Shown here one piece after another: positions 1 through 9,757 of a stretch of 64,000 nucleotides of DNA. Every line of letters begins with the position of its first letter. The first letter of the stretch is position 1. The notes beneath the pieces were generated by a model. It ran no database searches and was not told where the DNA came from. It saw nothing but the letters and a program-made list of their open reading frames with translations. Location: the IMG/VR virus record IMGVR_UViG_3300037010_001702, positions 124,001 to 188,000 of that record; one strand, given 5' to 3'. The translations under genes and the position numbers were made by a program.

Positions 1-1
1 T

Positions 2-1411
2 TACATTTTCATACGTAAGAGAAGAGTCATTCCACTCAATGTACTTTGGCTGACCGGCAAAGGTTCTGTTAATTGTCTTAAGCTTAAGGATCGTAGAGTC
101 CTTAAGTGGGTAGGTGTTATAGTCTTGTCCATTTACCATTCTGTTCTGTGAATAGTAAGTCGAAGGAGCTGACTGACGAATGTGTTCGATGTTCTCAGAC
201 GCGGCATTGTTTTGAATTGCCGCAGTTAGTGAGAATGTAAATCCGAATGTCTGTCCAACATTTACTTGGTTGACATAAGAGAAGCTGACTGGCTGGCCAA
301 CGATTGTGTTCTTTGGAATATTAACGTCTTGGTTAAGTGAGACACGAGTCCAAAATTGAAACGTTCCAACGGGCATGTCGCTAAAGTTACCATCCCCAAA
401 CAACAAAGCAATTGCATCATTTTCAAGAGTTGAAATTTCATACTTTTTGCGGGTTGATGTAACATCATTGAAGTAAAGGTTCTGCTCATTAAGAGCTTCA
501 ACACGAAGCCAATTCTCGAGGATGGTTCCATTGTCATCAACACGATATACCCAGACGTCGGTGTCATTTACATTAATTGGGTCAAGCTCAATTCTACGGT
601 TTGCAGTGGGAGATGCGATTAAGTAGTTAGTAAGGACCATTGACCCCTGCTTTACGAACCCCAAGAAGCCAGTAAAGTCAGAGCCATCACCCTTGCCATC
701 AGAAGCGTAGATGATATTGAACTGAGCGTTAGCATCAGGAGCCCGCTCGAACGGACCATTTGAATCAATGTCAGCTGGAACAAGTTCCATTTGAACTTGA
801 GAAGAATTACCTGCAACGCTGAAGGCGAGCACACCGTTTCTGAAAGCGTTAAGGTCATTGTTCAGCGTGTAGAGCTGCATCGACACGTCGCCAATCTGGA
901 ACGCCTTTGATGGATTACCAAACTTAGATGTCAGGGCCTTGTTCATAACAAGGAAGAACTGTTCCTTCCAGTTACTGTTGTTTGGATCATTCCACGTGAT
1001 AGTGGTGTTAGCAAGGTTGTTACCAAGAGAGTCATAAACTGCTTCTGAAGTAACTACAGTGTTAATCTTTACCAAACCTCTACCAGGAATGTTACGCGCT
1101 GCTGTGTAGGAAATAAGTCTTGCGAGCTTAAGGACAGACTGCTTGCGCTGAGCTGTAGTGATGAAATTTTCATGTACCATCGTATCAACGCGGTATGCCA
1201 AAAGTTCAGCAACGTACGCGAACATTTCAAGAACAGCGATAAGTTCAGAGCTTTCAATGAAGTCATTGAAGTGTTCAGCGTGATAAATTTTCAGGTACTG
1301 AAGAAGAGATTCCTTAACAGTATCGTAATCATATGACGTGAAATTAATCTGAGAAAAAGCATCATAAACCTTATCCCATGCTTCAGCTGCGTATGTGGTT
1401 CTAATGGTCAT
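2..1411 (-). CDS. gp6: Baseplate wedge subunit (T4 gp6-like), truncated by window edge
   Basis: Missing from the ORF track. ATG at 1411 overlaps the gp25 stop. Hand translation MTIRTTYAAEAWDKVYDAFSQINFTSYDYDTVKESLLQYLKIYHAEHFNDFIESSELIAVLEMFAYVAELLAYRVD..ENFITTAQRKQSVLKLARLISY is a typical gp6 N-terminus. Confidence 0.85.
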   Translation of the reverse strand, partial: MTIRTTYAAEAWDKVYDAFSQINFTSYDYDTVKESLLQYLKIYHAEHFNDFIESSELIAVLEMFAYVAELLAYRVDTMVHENFITTAQRKQSVLKLARLISYTAARNIPGRGLVKINTVVTSEAVYDSLGNNLANTTITWNDPNNSNWKEQFFLVMNKALTSKFGNPSKAFQIGDVSMQLYTLNNDLNAFRNGVLAFSVAGNSSQVQMELVPADIDSNGPFERAPDANAQFNIIYASDGKGDGSDFTGFLGFVKQGSMVLTNYLIASPTANRRIELDPINVNDTDVWVYRVDDNGTILENWLRVEALNEQNLYFNDVTSTRKKYEISTLENDAIALLFGDGNFSDMPVGTFQFWTRVSLNQDVNIPKNTIVGQPVSFSYVNQVNVGQTFGFTFSLTAAIQNNAASENIEHIRQSAPSTYYSQNRMVNGQDYNTYPLKDSTILKLKTINRTFAGQPKYIEWNDSSLTYENV

Positions 1412-1779
1412 TTTGTAGGTACTTCAATATTGAGGACATCACGTACGTTGAACTCAACATACAAAAGATCGGCCATCGCTAGAATGGCATTGTTGTTTGG
1501 AAGGGAGAGCACTTGAAGTGAAATAACGCTAACACGTGGATCGTAGTTAAACACTTCTGTCAGATCTGTTTCAATAATCTGGCGCGTATTATCGTCATTT
1601 GGCTCAAACACCATCATTGGAATTCTTGTGCCATAGTTAGGCATCATGAGGCGCTGACCCTTAATCGTGTAGATATGGTTCAACAAGTCTTGCTTCACAA
1701 GCTCTATATCCTTCAAGCCGAACGTTCTGTTCGCCATCCAGTTTGCAGTAGAAAAGCCATTGTAGAGTGATGTTGCCAT
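1408..1779 (-). CDS. gp25: Baseplate wedge subunit gp25-like
   Basis: T.KGQRLMMPNYGT, FEP and YDPRV motifs; lies between gp5-like and gp6-like genes. Confidence 0.9.
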   Translation of the reverse strand: MATSLYNGFSTANWMANRTFGLKDIELVKQDLLNHIYTIKGQRLMMPNYGTRIPMMVFEPNDDNTRQIIETDLTEVFNYDPRVSVISLQVLSLPNNNAILAMADLLYVEFNVRDVLNIEVPTK

Positions 1780-1800
1780 GGTATGATCGGAGTAATGAAT

Positions 1801-1808
1801 TATTTATC
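1801..1808 (-). promoter_or_regulatory. Putative T4-type late promoter (GATAAATA)
   Basis: Near match to TATAAATA about 20 nt upstream of gp25. Confidence 0.55.
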
Positions 1809-1829
1809 AGAAAAATCGACTACCGTAAA

Positions 1830-3089
1830 TCACTCCTTCCAGTTAGCTCCGCGGGTACCAGAAGTTACTGGCCGCGTCCATGGCTCATGACCTGGGATTA
1901 CAGAAGGTGAGTCTGGAAGGTCTGGGCATGAAGCATCTGAAGCTACTGCAGCTGGAGGTCCGTTAAGCTGAATGCTTGCACCTGATTGCTTGATATCCCC
2001 GCCTGCGCTGATGTTTGTATCGCTTGAGCTAGAGATAATCATCGTAGCTTTTGCCTTTAGTTCCATGTTTGAAGCCGCTGTAACCTTGATGCTTGACTCA
2101 CTGTCAATATCAAACACCCCACAAGCTGACTGCTTGATGTCCTTGTTAGCCTTTAAGTGGAATGAACCGCTTATGCCAACCTTCATGTTACCAGTCAGAG
2201 CCTTTACATTAATGTTCTTACCTGCTTCCAGGTTGATGCTTCCATCAGCTGTAAGGTTGATGTCCTTTCCAGATCTAAGACTGATGGACTCAGCTCCGAA
2301 TACGTGAAAGTGACCATCCTCGTCAAGTTCCATCCATGCTTTGCCCCTAGCTGTAGAAACGTAGATGCGTTCATTCGTGTCGTCAAAGATAACCTGATGA
2401 CCTCTACCTGTCTTAAAGCGCATTCTAGAACCTTTAGGATCATCCTGCATGATGATGGCGTGTCTGCCTGGGGTTACAATGCAGTATGTCTGTGGATCAA
2501 GATAGCTGTCAACTGGGCTGTTTGCGTAGCCATCAGTGCCATCCTTGTTCGTTTTGTTCTGCGCTGCCTGACGTTCAACCCCACCACGTGTCTTAGCTTG
2601 AGAAGTGGTCATCTTACCGTCAAACTGTTCGCGAAGGTTGTTGTACTCTGGCTGAATTGGGATGGCTTGTCCAGCATCATCTTCTGAATCACCAAATGGT
2701 CCAGGATTACCAGCATCGTCTGCATTTCTACCAGCCGGTAGTGATCTATTGCGGTGAAGGCGAAGAGTTGACGCGAAGTAAAAGCGTACTGATGGATTCG
2801 CGTTTAAGCAGAACACAAGGACAGTAGCACCGATCTTTGGTATAGCCCACATGCCATATGCAACTTGAGATTGATTTGCTACTCCACTCGTAGGATACTC
2901 AACTGTAAATCCCGCGAATGGCGAAGCATACTCTGCCCAAGGGAGAGAATCAATGTCAAAATTTTCTCCATCAAGAGTAGGTACCCACAGCTTACACCGC
3001 CCCATTTGATCAGGGTCATCTGTTGCTACGACCTGTCCTTCCATAATGAAAGGAATGCCATCATCAATGAAGTCTAGTGGGCCGCTCAT
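1830..3089 (-). CDS. gp5: Baseplate central spike (gp5/VgrG-like, no lysozyme domain seen)
   Basis: N-terminal OB-fold motifs (GQVVATDDPDQMGRCKLWVP, LPWA, PKIGATVLV), beta-helix-like C-terminus, ends PGHEPW. Confidence 0.85.
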   Translation of the reverse strand: MSGPLDFIDDGIPFIMEGQVVATDDPDQMGRCKLWVPTLDGENFDIDSLPWAEYASPFAGFTVEYPTSGVANQSQVAYGMWAIPKIGATVLVFCLNANPSVRFYFASTLRLHRNRSLPAGRNADDAGNPGPFGDSEDDAGQAIPIQPEYNNLREQFDGKMTTSQAKTRGGVERQAAQNKTNKDGTDGYANSPVDSYLDPQTYCIVTPGRHAIIMQDDPKGSRMRFKTGRGHQVIFDDTNERIYVSTARGKAWMELDEDGHFHVFGAESISLRSGKDINLTADGSINLEAGKNINVKALTGNMKVGISGSFHLKANKDIKQSACGVFDIDSESSIKVTAASNMELKAKATMIISSSSDTNISAGGDIKQSGASIQLNGPPAAVASDASCPDLPDSPSVIPGHEPWTRPVTSGTRGANWKE

Positions 3090-5137
3090 GGTTGTTTCAT
3101 TCCTTGTCCGTAGGTTATCATGTGCATGACATGATAGAACTCCCCATTTGCAAAGTGAGTGTCAATGTCTGTAATTCTGTAGATGCCCTTGTAGAAGAAC
3201 TCATCAGCAAACATGCTAGCACCATCCTTAAAGTTACCGACGTAATCAACATTGGGAGCTCTGATGTTTATCTTAGCGTAGAGCCCAAGAACAGTTGAGT
3301 CAATGCCATTTAGAAGTGGGTCGTATTTTGTCCCATTGTAGTGCGGCTTCATCACAGCATCTAAATTCTGAATTCTCTTGTTAACAAAGGTATCAATATA
3401 GCGCTGCTTTGCCGAAGCAACACCATTCTTAATAGCTGTCTGGGTTGCACCAGTGTTGTTAACATCAACATTCTTCATCAACGAGGTAAGCTCAGTCGAG
3501 GAGATGATGGTTGTGTGAGGAGGCATTCCACCGGTCGTATTCGCATCAGCTAGCTTCATGATGATATTTGGGTTACCTCTAACTGTCATTGACAGCTTTA
3601 GCGTGCTCATGTAGTTAAGGTAGGCCACGGTTTGGTTGTATTCTTGCTTTGCGCCAAGAGCTTCCTGTGATGCTCTTGAATCAATATTTTCATCTCGATG
3701 ATCAGAGTTGTTGATGCGCTGGACCTTTGTCTTCATGCCCATGAAGATAGGATCATTAGCTTGAATATCCGTTCTATCAGTTTCAGTTGAGCTTGGTTTT
3801 TCATCTGTAGCTTGTGAATCACCCTTAATAGTAGAGACCTTCTGACCACTCGCTGCTATCTCAGCAAATCTATTTCTACCAATGTGCAGTTTTTTGTCAA
3901 GTGATACTGCCGCAACTCTTCCATCAAATTCAACTCTTAGGTCCTTGATGTGAGTGTTCTTGCCAGTGAATAGGTAGTCATACGTGATAAAGTTTACCTT
4001 GTTCTCAATGATGTTTTTTGGAGACGGCATCACATGAGGATAGACATCAAAGTGAATAGTATACGTACTGTTATCGGATGTAATGACGGGACTAATTCTG
4101 AACTGTACGCCCTCACCAGCTATTCTTTTAGCGGAGCTTGACTCCTTTAGGAACTCTGATGAAAGCTCAAGGATGCTTGAGATAGCCTTGTCAATTGTAG
4201 TGCTAGCTGAGAATGCTATCTCATAGTCATCAACTATCTTATTGACTGGCTTGTAGAAGCCACGTTTAGGAAATTTCTTCTCCGTATTTCTAGCAACTGA
4301 AGCAAGGTTAGGAAGCAGTGCTCTCCATTTTGGTGGTACGGTGATCATGTACTGCACCAGCTTGCCTGGCTTTATATTTGACACTGCACTATCAGAAACG
4401 CCATTGTACTTAAGGAAGTAGGTAAGCGATTGTTCATTTAGCTGAGCTTCAAGAGAGTCAATTAGACCACCAACTGTCTTATCACGACCCTTAGTAGTGG
4501 CTGAACGGATGTCACCCATATTGAGCTGCTGATCTGAGCTAAGACCATTACCAGCTGCAACACCCTCATGATTAATGAACGCAATGTCAAACACAGAACC
4601 GGAGCTCGTGAACTCAAATGACAGGTTTGAAATCAAAAATGGTATATTGCAGGTAACTACGTGCTCTACGTTACCATTGTAGTGATGCCCGGAGAACATT
4701 ACAGTAAGCAAGAAGAACGTTGAAGATGCCGATGCATGAAGCTTGTCGGAGAACAAGTCCATAAGGTAGTTGTAAAACGTTAACCCGGTTGAATCGTGAA
4801 TCTTCATCGATCCCTGCTTACACAGCAGCATTGGGTTCTTTGGTTCTCCAACACCAGGAAAGTGGTTGAACGTTAAGTCAGTTACAGAGTACTGGGAATA
4901 CCGTCTAGTGTCAAGGACCAAGTAGGCATCTGATCCATCAATGTTCAAGCGCTGCCCAAGCTCAACGTCATGCACTCTAGCTAAGAGTGGAGAAACATTG
5001 TTGTCATCCTTACCAATAAGAGAGCGCAGGGATTCAGTGCTTGAACCAGCTGTGATGATGAAGTGATATGAGTATGTTCTAAAGTTATCCAGTGGATTTG
5101 GATAACCTGCAGCATTTGGATCAGCAGTAACTGTCAT
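3086..5137 (-). CDS. Putative baseplate hub protein (gp27-like)
   Basis: NPLDNFRTYSYH N-terminus, MTVRGNP and FYKGIYRITDIDTHFANGEFY C-terminus; adjacent to gp5. Confidence 0.6.
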   Translation of the reverse strand: MTVTADPNAAGYPNPLDNFRTYSYHFIITAGSSTESLRSLIGKDDNNVSPLLARVHDVELGQRLNIDGSDAYLVLDTRRYSQYSVTDLTFNHFPGVGEPKNPMLLCKQGSMKIHDSTGLTFYNYLMDLFSDKLHASASSTFFLLTVMFSGHHYNGNVEHVVTCNIPFLISNLSFEFTSSGSVFDIAFINHEGVAAGNGLSSDQQLNMGDIRSATTKGRDKTVGGLIDSLEAQLNEQSLTYFLKYNGVSDSAVSNIKPGKLVQYMITVPPKWRALLPNLASVARNTEKKFPKRGFYKPVNKIVDDYEIAFSASTTIDKAISSILELSSEFLKESSSAKRIAGEGVQFRISPVITSDNSTYTIHFDVYPHVMPSPKNIIENKVNFITYDYLFTGKNTHIKDLRVEFDGRVAAVSLDKKLHIGRNRFAEIAASGQKVSTIKGDSQATDEKPSSTETDRTDIQANDPIFMGMKTKVQRINNSDHRDENIDSRASQEALGAKQEYNQTVAYLNYMSTLKLSMTVRGNPNIIMKLADANTTGGMPPHTTIISSTELTSLMKNVDVNNTGATQTAIKNGVASAKQRYIDTFVNKRIQNLDAVMKPHYNGTKYDPLLNGIDSTVLGLYAKINIRAPNVDYVGNFKDGASMFADEFFYKGIYRITDIDTHFANGEFYHVMHMITYGQGMKQP

Positions 5138-5508
5138 ACGACGATGGGCGAAATTGTATTAACGTCTTGCTTAGCAGATGGAATACCGCCAAGCTTAGTT
5201 GAAAGCATAAGTGACAATCTATCCTTTGATGGAATGATCAACACTCTGCCCGCAGTTGTTTCGGTGAATGGGTTCAAGATATTGTTGTACTGAGCTATTA
5301 CCCACCAGTAACGAGGTTCATTGTAGAACGCACTGGCGATAAGATCCATTCTACCTTCATAAAAGTTCTCAACGGTGTAGGCTTGGTCAGTACTGCTAGA
5401 GTCAAACACTGTTCTTTCCCACCACTCAAGGCGACTATTTGCTACCTCTGTAACACCACCAGCTACGTAGCGAGAGTACTTGTTTTGAAGACTATCTGAA
5501 TTTGCCAT
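5134..5508 (-). CDS. gp53: Baseplate wedge protein gp53-like (LysM-like)
   Basis: GRMDLIASAFYNEPRYWWVIAQYN..GRVLIIP pattern. Confidence 0.8.
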   Translation of the reverse strand: MANSDSLQNKYSRYVAGGVTEVANSRLEWWERTVFDSSSTDQAYTVENFYEGRMDLIASAFYNEPRYWWVIAQYNNILNPFTETTAGRVLIIPSKDRLSLMLSTKLGGIPSAKQDVNTISPIVV

Positions 5509-5510
5509 TA

Positions 5511-6650
5511 TTAGATTCCTCCAGCGCCAGACTTATGTCCACCACCAGGAGACATTCCTAGGTTGGCTTTTACACCATGTAGTCCATTAGTGCCAACAGC
5601 TGAAACTGTTTTCTGAGCTGTCATCGTAGCATTAGAAGCGTACTGTTGATACTCAGCAATGGAGGCTGCGGCGCGTCTACCAACTATGGTAGGTTCATTA
5701 GTATTTACACCAACAGCATCAGGTGTTTGAGTAGCAGGTTGTTGAGCTTGCACCGCCATAAATGCATTCTGCATATCACCACTGCGATATGCGGTGATGC
5801 TAAAGCCACTGTACTCTGCTGGTGACCATGACTCTTCGAGCTGAATAGACACTGATTGAATAACTGGAAATGGTACTGCTGGTATGTCAGGTGTTGAAAG
5901 CGTTTGAATATAGTCAACATCATTTGGAAAACCCAAGCTGTACGACTTAAGCACGCACTTCACTGGTCCAATCATTTGATCGCCATAAGCGCTAAGAGTT
6001 AGAATTGGTGGAGGAGCACCAAGTAAGTCTGGGTTGGTTGATTCTGTACCTATGCCGTAGTATGGCATTACCCATGATCTAATCAGGTTAATGGCGTCCA
6101 AATTCTCAGAAGCTTCTTCTGGCGTTCTTGAGATAAGCTTAGCGCTAATGCTCCACGTTCTGCTGTCAGTGCTTCTGTACTTTAGGATTTGACCTGGGTG
6201 GTGAAGTGGTGAAAATGAATCGTATTGGGCTGTGTGGGATTCATCTATCGTGGGCATTACAGTGAAGACAACGCGTGGTTGAACACCACCAACTGGTATC
6301 GATTGCGTGATCGTAACCTTAAATTCCTCTGTTCTATCTTTCCAATTCTCATATGTTGCGGGAACGCCGCCCTGTGGATTGGAAAGAACTGGAACGAAGT
6401 TAGCCTGTGAAACGAGCGCTGAAGTAGTTGACGTGGTGATGCCTAGGTTGTCACCTACCTGAACAACTTTCACGTCGGGGGTAATCGTCTTGAATGAAAC
6501 TAGTTGTCCTGTATCCTTCAAGCACTGGACAGCCTCAGCCTTCAACTTAGAAAATGAAGCGGTAGAAAAATCTTGAATCGCGTTCAGCTCTGAACCAGCA
6601 GTTGATGATAAGCCGTCAATTGTTGGTAGGTTAAGTCCGCTAAATGCCAT
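5511..6650 (-). CDS. Putative baseplate/tail tube initiator (gp48/gp54-like)
   Basis: GAPPPILTLSAYG..PVKCVLKSYS..P.DVDY tube-fold motif; in baseplate operon. Confidence 0.6.
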   Translation of the reverse strand: MAFSGLNLPTIDGLSSTAGSELNAIQDFSTASFSKLKAEAVQCLKDTGQLVSFKTITPDVKVVQVGDNLGITTSTTSALVSQANFVPVLSNPQGGVPATYENWKDRTEEFKVTITQSIPVGGVQPRVVFTVMPTIDESHTAQYDSFSPLHHPGQILKYRSTDSRTWSISAKLISRTPEEASENLDAINLIRSWVMPYYGIGTESTNPDLLGAPPPILTLSAYGDQMIGPVKCVLKSYSLGFPNDVDYIQTLSTPDIPAVPFPVIQSVSIQLEESWSPAEYSGFSITAYRSGDMQNAFMAVQAQQPATQTPDAVGVNTNEPTIVGRRAAASIAEYQQYASNATMTAQKTVSAVGTNGLHGVKANLGMSPGGGHKSGAGGI

Positions 6651-6652
6651 TT

Positions 6653-7360
6653 TTATTCCTTTATCGCTGCTTCGATCTTAGCAAAGAGCTTCTTAGCTAG
6701 GACTGGCTTGTCAGTAAGATCCACGATCTCCGCGAACTCCTTCTCGTATCCAAGTTCAACAGCTCTACGAGCTAGTGATCCTGAGACGATGTCAGTGCCA
6801 GCGTATCCATTGCTCTTGATCTGAGAAAGAGCTGAATCCAGGGCGGCAGCTTTGTCATCCTGTTTCGTAAGAGTAGCGTCCTCATCTCTCTCAAGGTGAA
6901 TCTTGTAGTGCTTGATTTGCTGATTGTCAGGTGTCTTAAAGTTCTTATCGAGAATCTTAATGTAGTCCTCAATGCGATCTGTTCCCGCTGCAACTGCGAT
7001 AGGTTCCATTCCTTTCTCACGACATTCTGCAAGGGCGGCAAAAGCATTTACAGCTGTCATAAATGTAACACCATTTGCTTTTCCTGAACCCTTCATGAAT
7101 GAAATTCTCTCATCAACTGAGAGAGGGTTTCTCTTCTTATCAAGATCTGACTTGCTTCCGCCAATCACAACAACCACAGGTGATACATTAAGCCCAATCT
7201 GTGGATTAGCCTTGATGAACTTTTTTACAAGGTTTATAACAGCGTAGTGGCCTTTCGTGGGAGGGTTAAATCGACCAATGATGACTGCAACCTTGTTGGT
7301 GCCCATTGGTGCCAAATCTTCAAAAAGCGTTTGAATTTCAAGTTGTTCGTTAATGTCCAT
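6653..7360 (-). CDS. Cytidylyltransferase-family (HIGH-like) nucleotidyltransferase
   Basis: IIGRFNPPTKGH, NPLSVDER, AGTDR and VSGSLAR motifs. Confidence 0.8.
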   Translation of the reverse strand: MDINEQLEIQTLFEDLAPMGTNKVAVIIGRFNPPTKGHYAVINLVKKFIKANPQIGLNVSPVVVVIGGSKSDLDKKRNPLSVDERISFMKGSGKANGVTFMTAVNAFAALAECREKGMEPIAVAAGTDRIEDYIKILDKNFKTPDNQQIKHYKIHLERDEDATLTKQDDKAAALDSALSQIKSNGYAGTDIVSGSLARRAVELGYEKEFAEIVDLTDKPVLAKKLFAKIEAAIKE

Positions 7361-7386
7361 TGGATTATCCTGATGCAGTGTATGGA

Positions 7387-7394
7387 TATTTATT
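7387..7394 (-). promoter_or_regulatory. Putative late promoter (AATAAATA) for the leftward baseplate operon
   Basis: Near-consensus T4 late box about 27 nt upstream of 7360. Confidence 0.5.
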
Positions 7395-7423
7395 GGATGG
7401 GGTCAATCCAATTCTGGTCATCA

Positions 7424-7454
7424 GTTTACTAAATTACTAAGATTAGAGTATAAT
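7424..7454 (+). promoter_or_regulatory. Sigma70/T4 early-type promoter (GTTTACT...TATAAT)
   Basis: GTTTACT at 7424 and TATAAT at 7449, upstream of gp55. Confidence 0.6.
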
Positions 7455-7493
7455 ATCTTTAATCTCTATTGTTCAACATATGGAGAATTAAGT

Positions 7494-8288
7494 TTGATTA
7501 CAAAAACAATAAAAGAGAAGAAGTCTAAGCAGAAGAGAGAAAAATCTACTTCTACGAAGGGACATTATGTCACCAATGCTGTACTACTCCCAGCCGTTAT
7601 CGAAGCCAAAGCGCAAAATCTGGTAACGAACAAGCTAATCCGTATGATTCAAATGATTGCCGAGCGGTATTCCCGTAAGGCAAACTTTATCGGGTACTCA
7701 TTCAGAGAAGATATGGTGTCTGCGGCTGTAATGAACCTGTGCAATAATGCACTTAAGTTCAATCCCGAAAAGTACAACAATCCTTTCTCTTACTACACCA
7801 CTGCCATTCACAACTCCTTCCTCCAGTACCTAGCTGATGAGAAGAAGCACCGAAATCTACGCGATGCCTTGTTGATTGATGCAGGTTCGAACCCAAGCTT
7901 CAACTTTATGGACGATGAGAAGGATGAATCGTTCTTTGAAGTCAAGGAATCCGATGAGTACTTTCTTCCAGAGCTGGATGAAGATGGGCTTGCCACGCTT
8001 GATTCAGAAACTGCAGCTGAACTTGTCGTGCCAGCAGTTGAATCTATCGGTGAAGCGGACGTTGAATTCATTCCGAAGACACTGAAAGAAGCGAAGTACC
8101 GCTATCAGCACAGAATTCCTGGACCTGTTACACGTTACGGTCCGAAAGACATTGAAATTGATGCAGATGGAAACATTACAATCAAACCCAAACCTGAACC
8201 AAAGCCAAGAAAACCACGAGCACAGAAAGAAGATGTAGCACCAGTAAAGGCTGCTAAAAGGACTGCCAAAGTTGCTAAGGGTAAATAA
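7494..8288 (+). CDS. gp55: Late-transcription sigma factor gp55
   Basis: HYVTN, NFIGYSFREDMV, KFNPEK..NPFSYYTT.IHNSFLQYL..EKK; GGAG RBS with TTG start. Confidence 0.9.
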   Translation: MITKTIKEKKSKQKREKSTSTKGHYVTNAVLLPAVIEAKAQNLVTNKLIRMIQMIAERYSRKANFIGYSFREDMVSAAVMNLCNNALKFNPEKYNNPFSYYTTAIHNSFLQYLADEKKHRNLRDALLIDAGSNPSFNFMDDEKDESFFEVKESDEYFLPELDEDGLATLDSETAAELVVPAVESIGEADVEFIPKTLKEAKYRYQHRIPGPVTRYGPKDIEIDADGNITIKPKPEPKPRKPRAQKEDVAPVKAAKRTAKVAKGK

Positions 8289-8346
8289 TGAATTATACGA
8301 AAATATATAATTCATTAGTTGATAGAGCCCTGCAAAAGGAGGTCAA

Positions 8347-9369
8347 ATGAAAATAGCATTAATGACTGATATTCATTGGGGTGCTAAAAATAATTCTATT
8401 CAGCACAATCTTGATTGTGCTGAATATATAGATTGGTTTATTAAAAATTTAATTGAAAATAATTGTAAGGCTATTTGTTTTCTTGGGGATTGGTTCGAAA
8501 ATCGGAATAGTGTTAATATCCAAACACTTAATAAATCCTTTGATTCATTAGCAAAATTAGATGAACTGAATATTCCAATATATTTTTGTGTTGGCAACCA
8601 CGATTTGTTTCACCGCGAAAATAGAAATCAGTTTTCTACGTATCATTATTCTAAGTTTAAAAATATCATCTTGGTTAATGAACCTATGCAAGTTGGTAAG
8701 ATGATGTTTTTCCCATATTTGTTCAAGGACGAATATGCTAACGCTGCTAGTTTGATAGAGAAAGAAAAGCCAGATTATGTATTTGGACATTTTGAATTTA
8801 GAAATTTTGTGGTGACTGGAACTGATAGGAGAATGGACCATGGACCAGACCATTCGCTCTTTAAAATACCTAAATATCTTTTTTCTGGGCATTATCACAA
8901 ACGCCAAATGCAAGATAATGTCATTTACATCGGCAATACGTTTCCTACTAATTATGGTGATGTGTGGGATGATGCGCGAGGCATGTGTATTCTGGATGCA
9001 CAAGATGACGACGTTTCATTTATTGATTGGGGTGATTGCCCCAAGTATCGAAAGGTTAAATTGTCTGATGTGTTGAATGGTCAGCTAGATTTTCCTGCTA
9101 AGTGTCGTGTTCGTTGTTTGATTGACATCGACGTTGGTTATTCAGAAGCGCAAACACTACGAGAAGAAATGATTAAGACATTAGGACTTCGTGAATTCTC
9201 TTTAGAAGAAAACTCTGCTGAACGTAAGGAAGCAATTGCTGGTGAAGAGATGGAAGACTTTGATATGGGATCATTGAATGATGCTGTTATCAGAATGCTT
9301 CAAACAGGTATCTCCGGCACTACTACGATTAATGCTAGCAAACTTATTGAAATTTATGGCCAGCTTTAA
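8347..9369 (+). CDS. gp47: Recombination endonuclease subunit gp47 (SbcD/Mre11-like)
   Basis: Metallophosphoesterase motifs TDIHWG, LGDWF, VGNHD, GHFE, SGHYH. Confidence 0.93.
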   Translation: MKIALMTDIHWGAKNNSIQHNLDCAEYIDWFIKNLIENNCKAICFLGDWFENRNSVNIQTLNKSFDSLAKLDELNIPIYFCVGNHDLFHRENRNQFSTYHYSKFKNIILVNEPMQVGKMMFFPYLFKDEYANAASLIEKEKPDYVFGHFEFRNFVVTGTDRRMDHGPDHSLFKIPKYLFSGHYHKRQMQDNVIYIGNTFPTNYGDVWDDARGMCILDAQDDDVSFIDWGDCPKYRKVKLSDVLNGQLDFPAKCRVRCLIDIDVGYSEAQTLREEMIKTLGLREFSLEENSAERKEAIAGEEMEDFDMGSLNDAVIRMLQTGISGTTTINASKLIEIYGQL

Positions 9370-9757
9370 AGAACAATTTGATTCCGATATTACATGCTCG
9401 GACATAGAAGCGATTCATCAAGCACTACGAGTGTGTTGCTTCTATCCACACCAGAATGTTGCTTTTATAGTTCCTAAATTTTCTTTTGCTGCCCAAATAT
9501 CAAACAATATTTGGGCAGCGCATGCTACTGTTCCGGTGTGGATGGCATTTGCAAAATTAATTAGAAAAACTCGCATGATCACAGAGTTTGATAATGGAAG
9601 TAGGATACAATTCATTTATACTTCTAACCATCTAAAGGGTAGAGCACTTAGCTATGTGTTCATACATCGTTTAGTAGAGATGAATGAGGATATGGTAGGC
9701 GCTTTACTCCCGTCAATTTATCACAATAAGACACGTTCTATAGAATATTTTAAATGA
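9356..9757 (+). CDS. Degenerate terminase-ATPase-like protein
   Basis: Aligns by eye to the TerL ATPase in this window (EFDNGSRI shared); lacks Walker A; Walker B is altered. Confidence 0.6.
   Translation: MASFKEQFDSDITCSDIEAIHQALRVCCFYPHQNVAFIVPKFSFAAQISNNIWAAHATVPVWMAFAKLIRKTRMITEFDNGSRIQFIYTSNHLKGRALSYVFIHRLVEMNEDMVGALLPSIYHNKTRSIEYFK

Noticed and set aside
262-1266. Short minus-strand ORFs in the ORF track (262, 652, 1069)
   Set aside because: Off-frame shadows inside the gp6-like gene running off the window edge.
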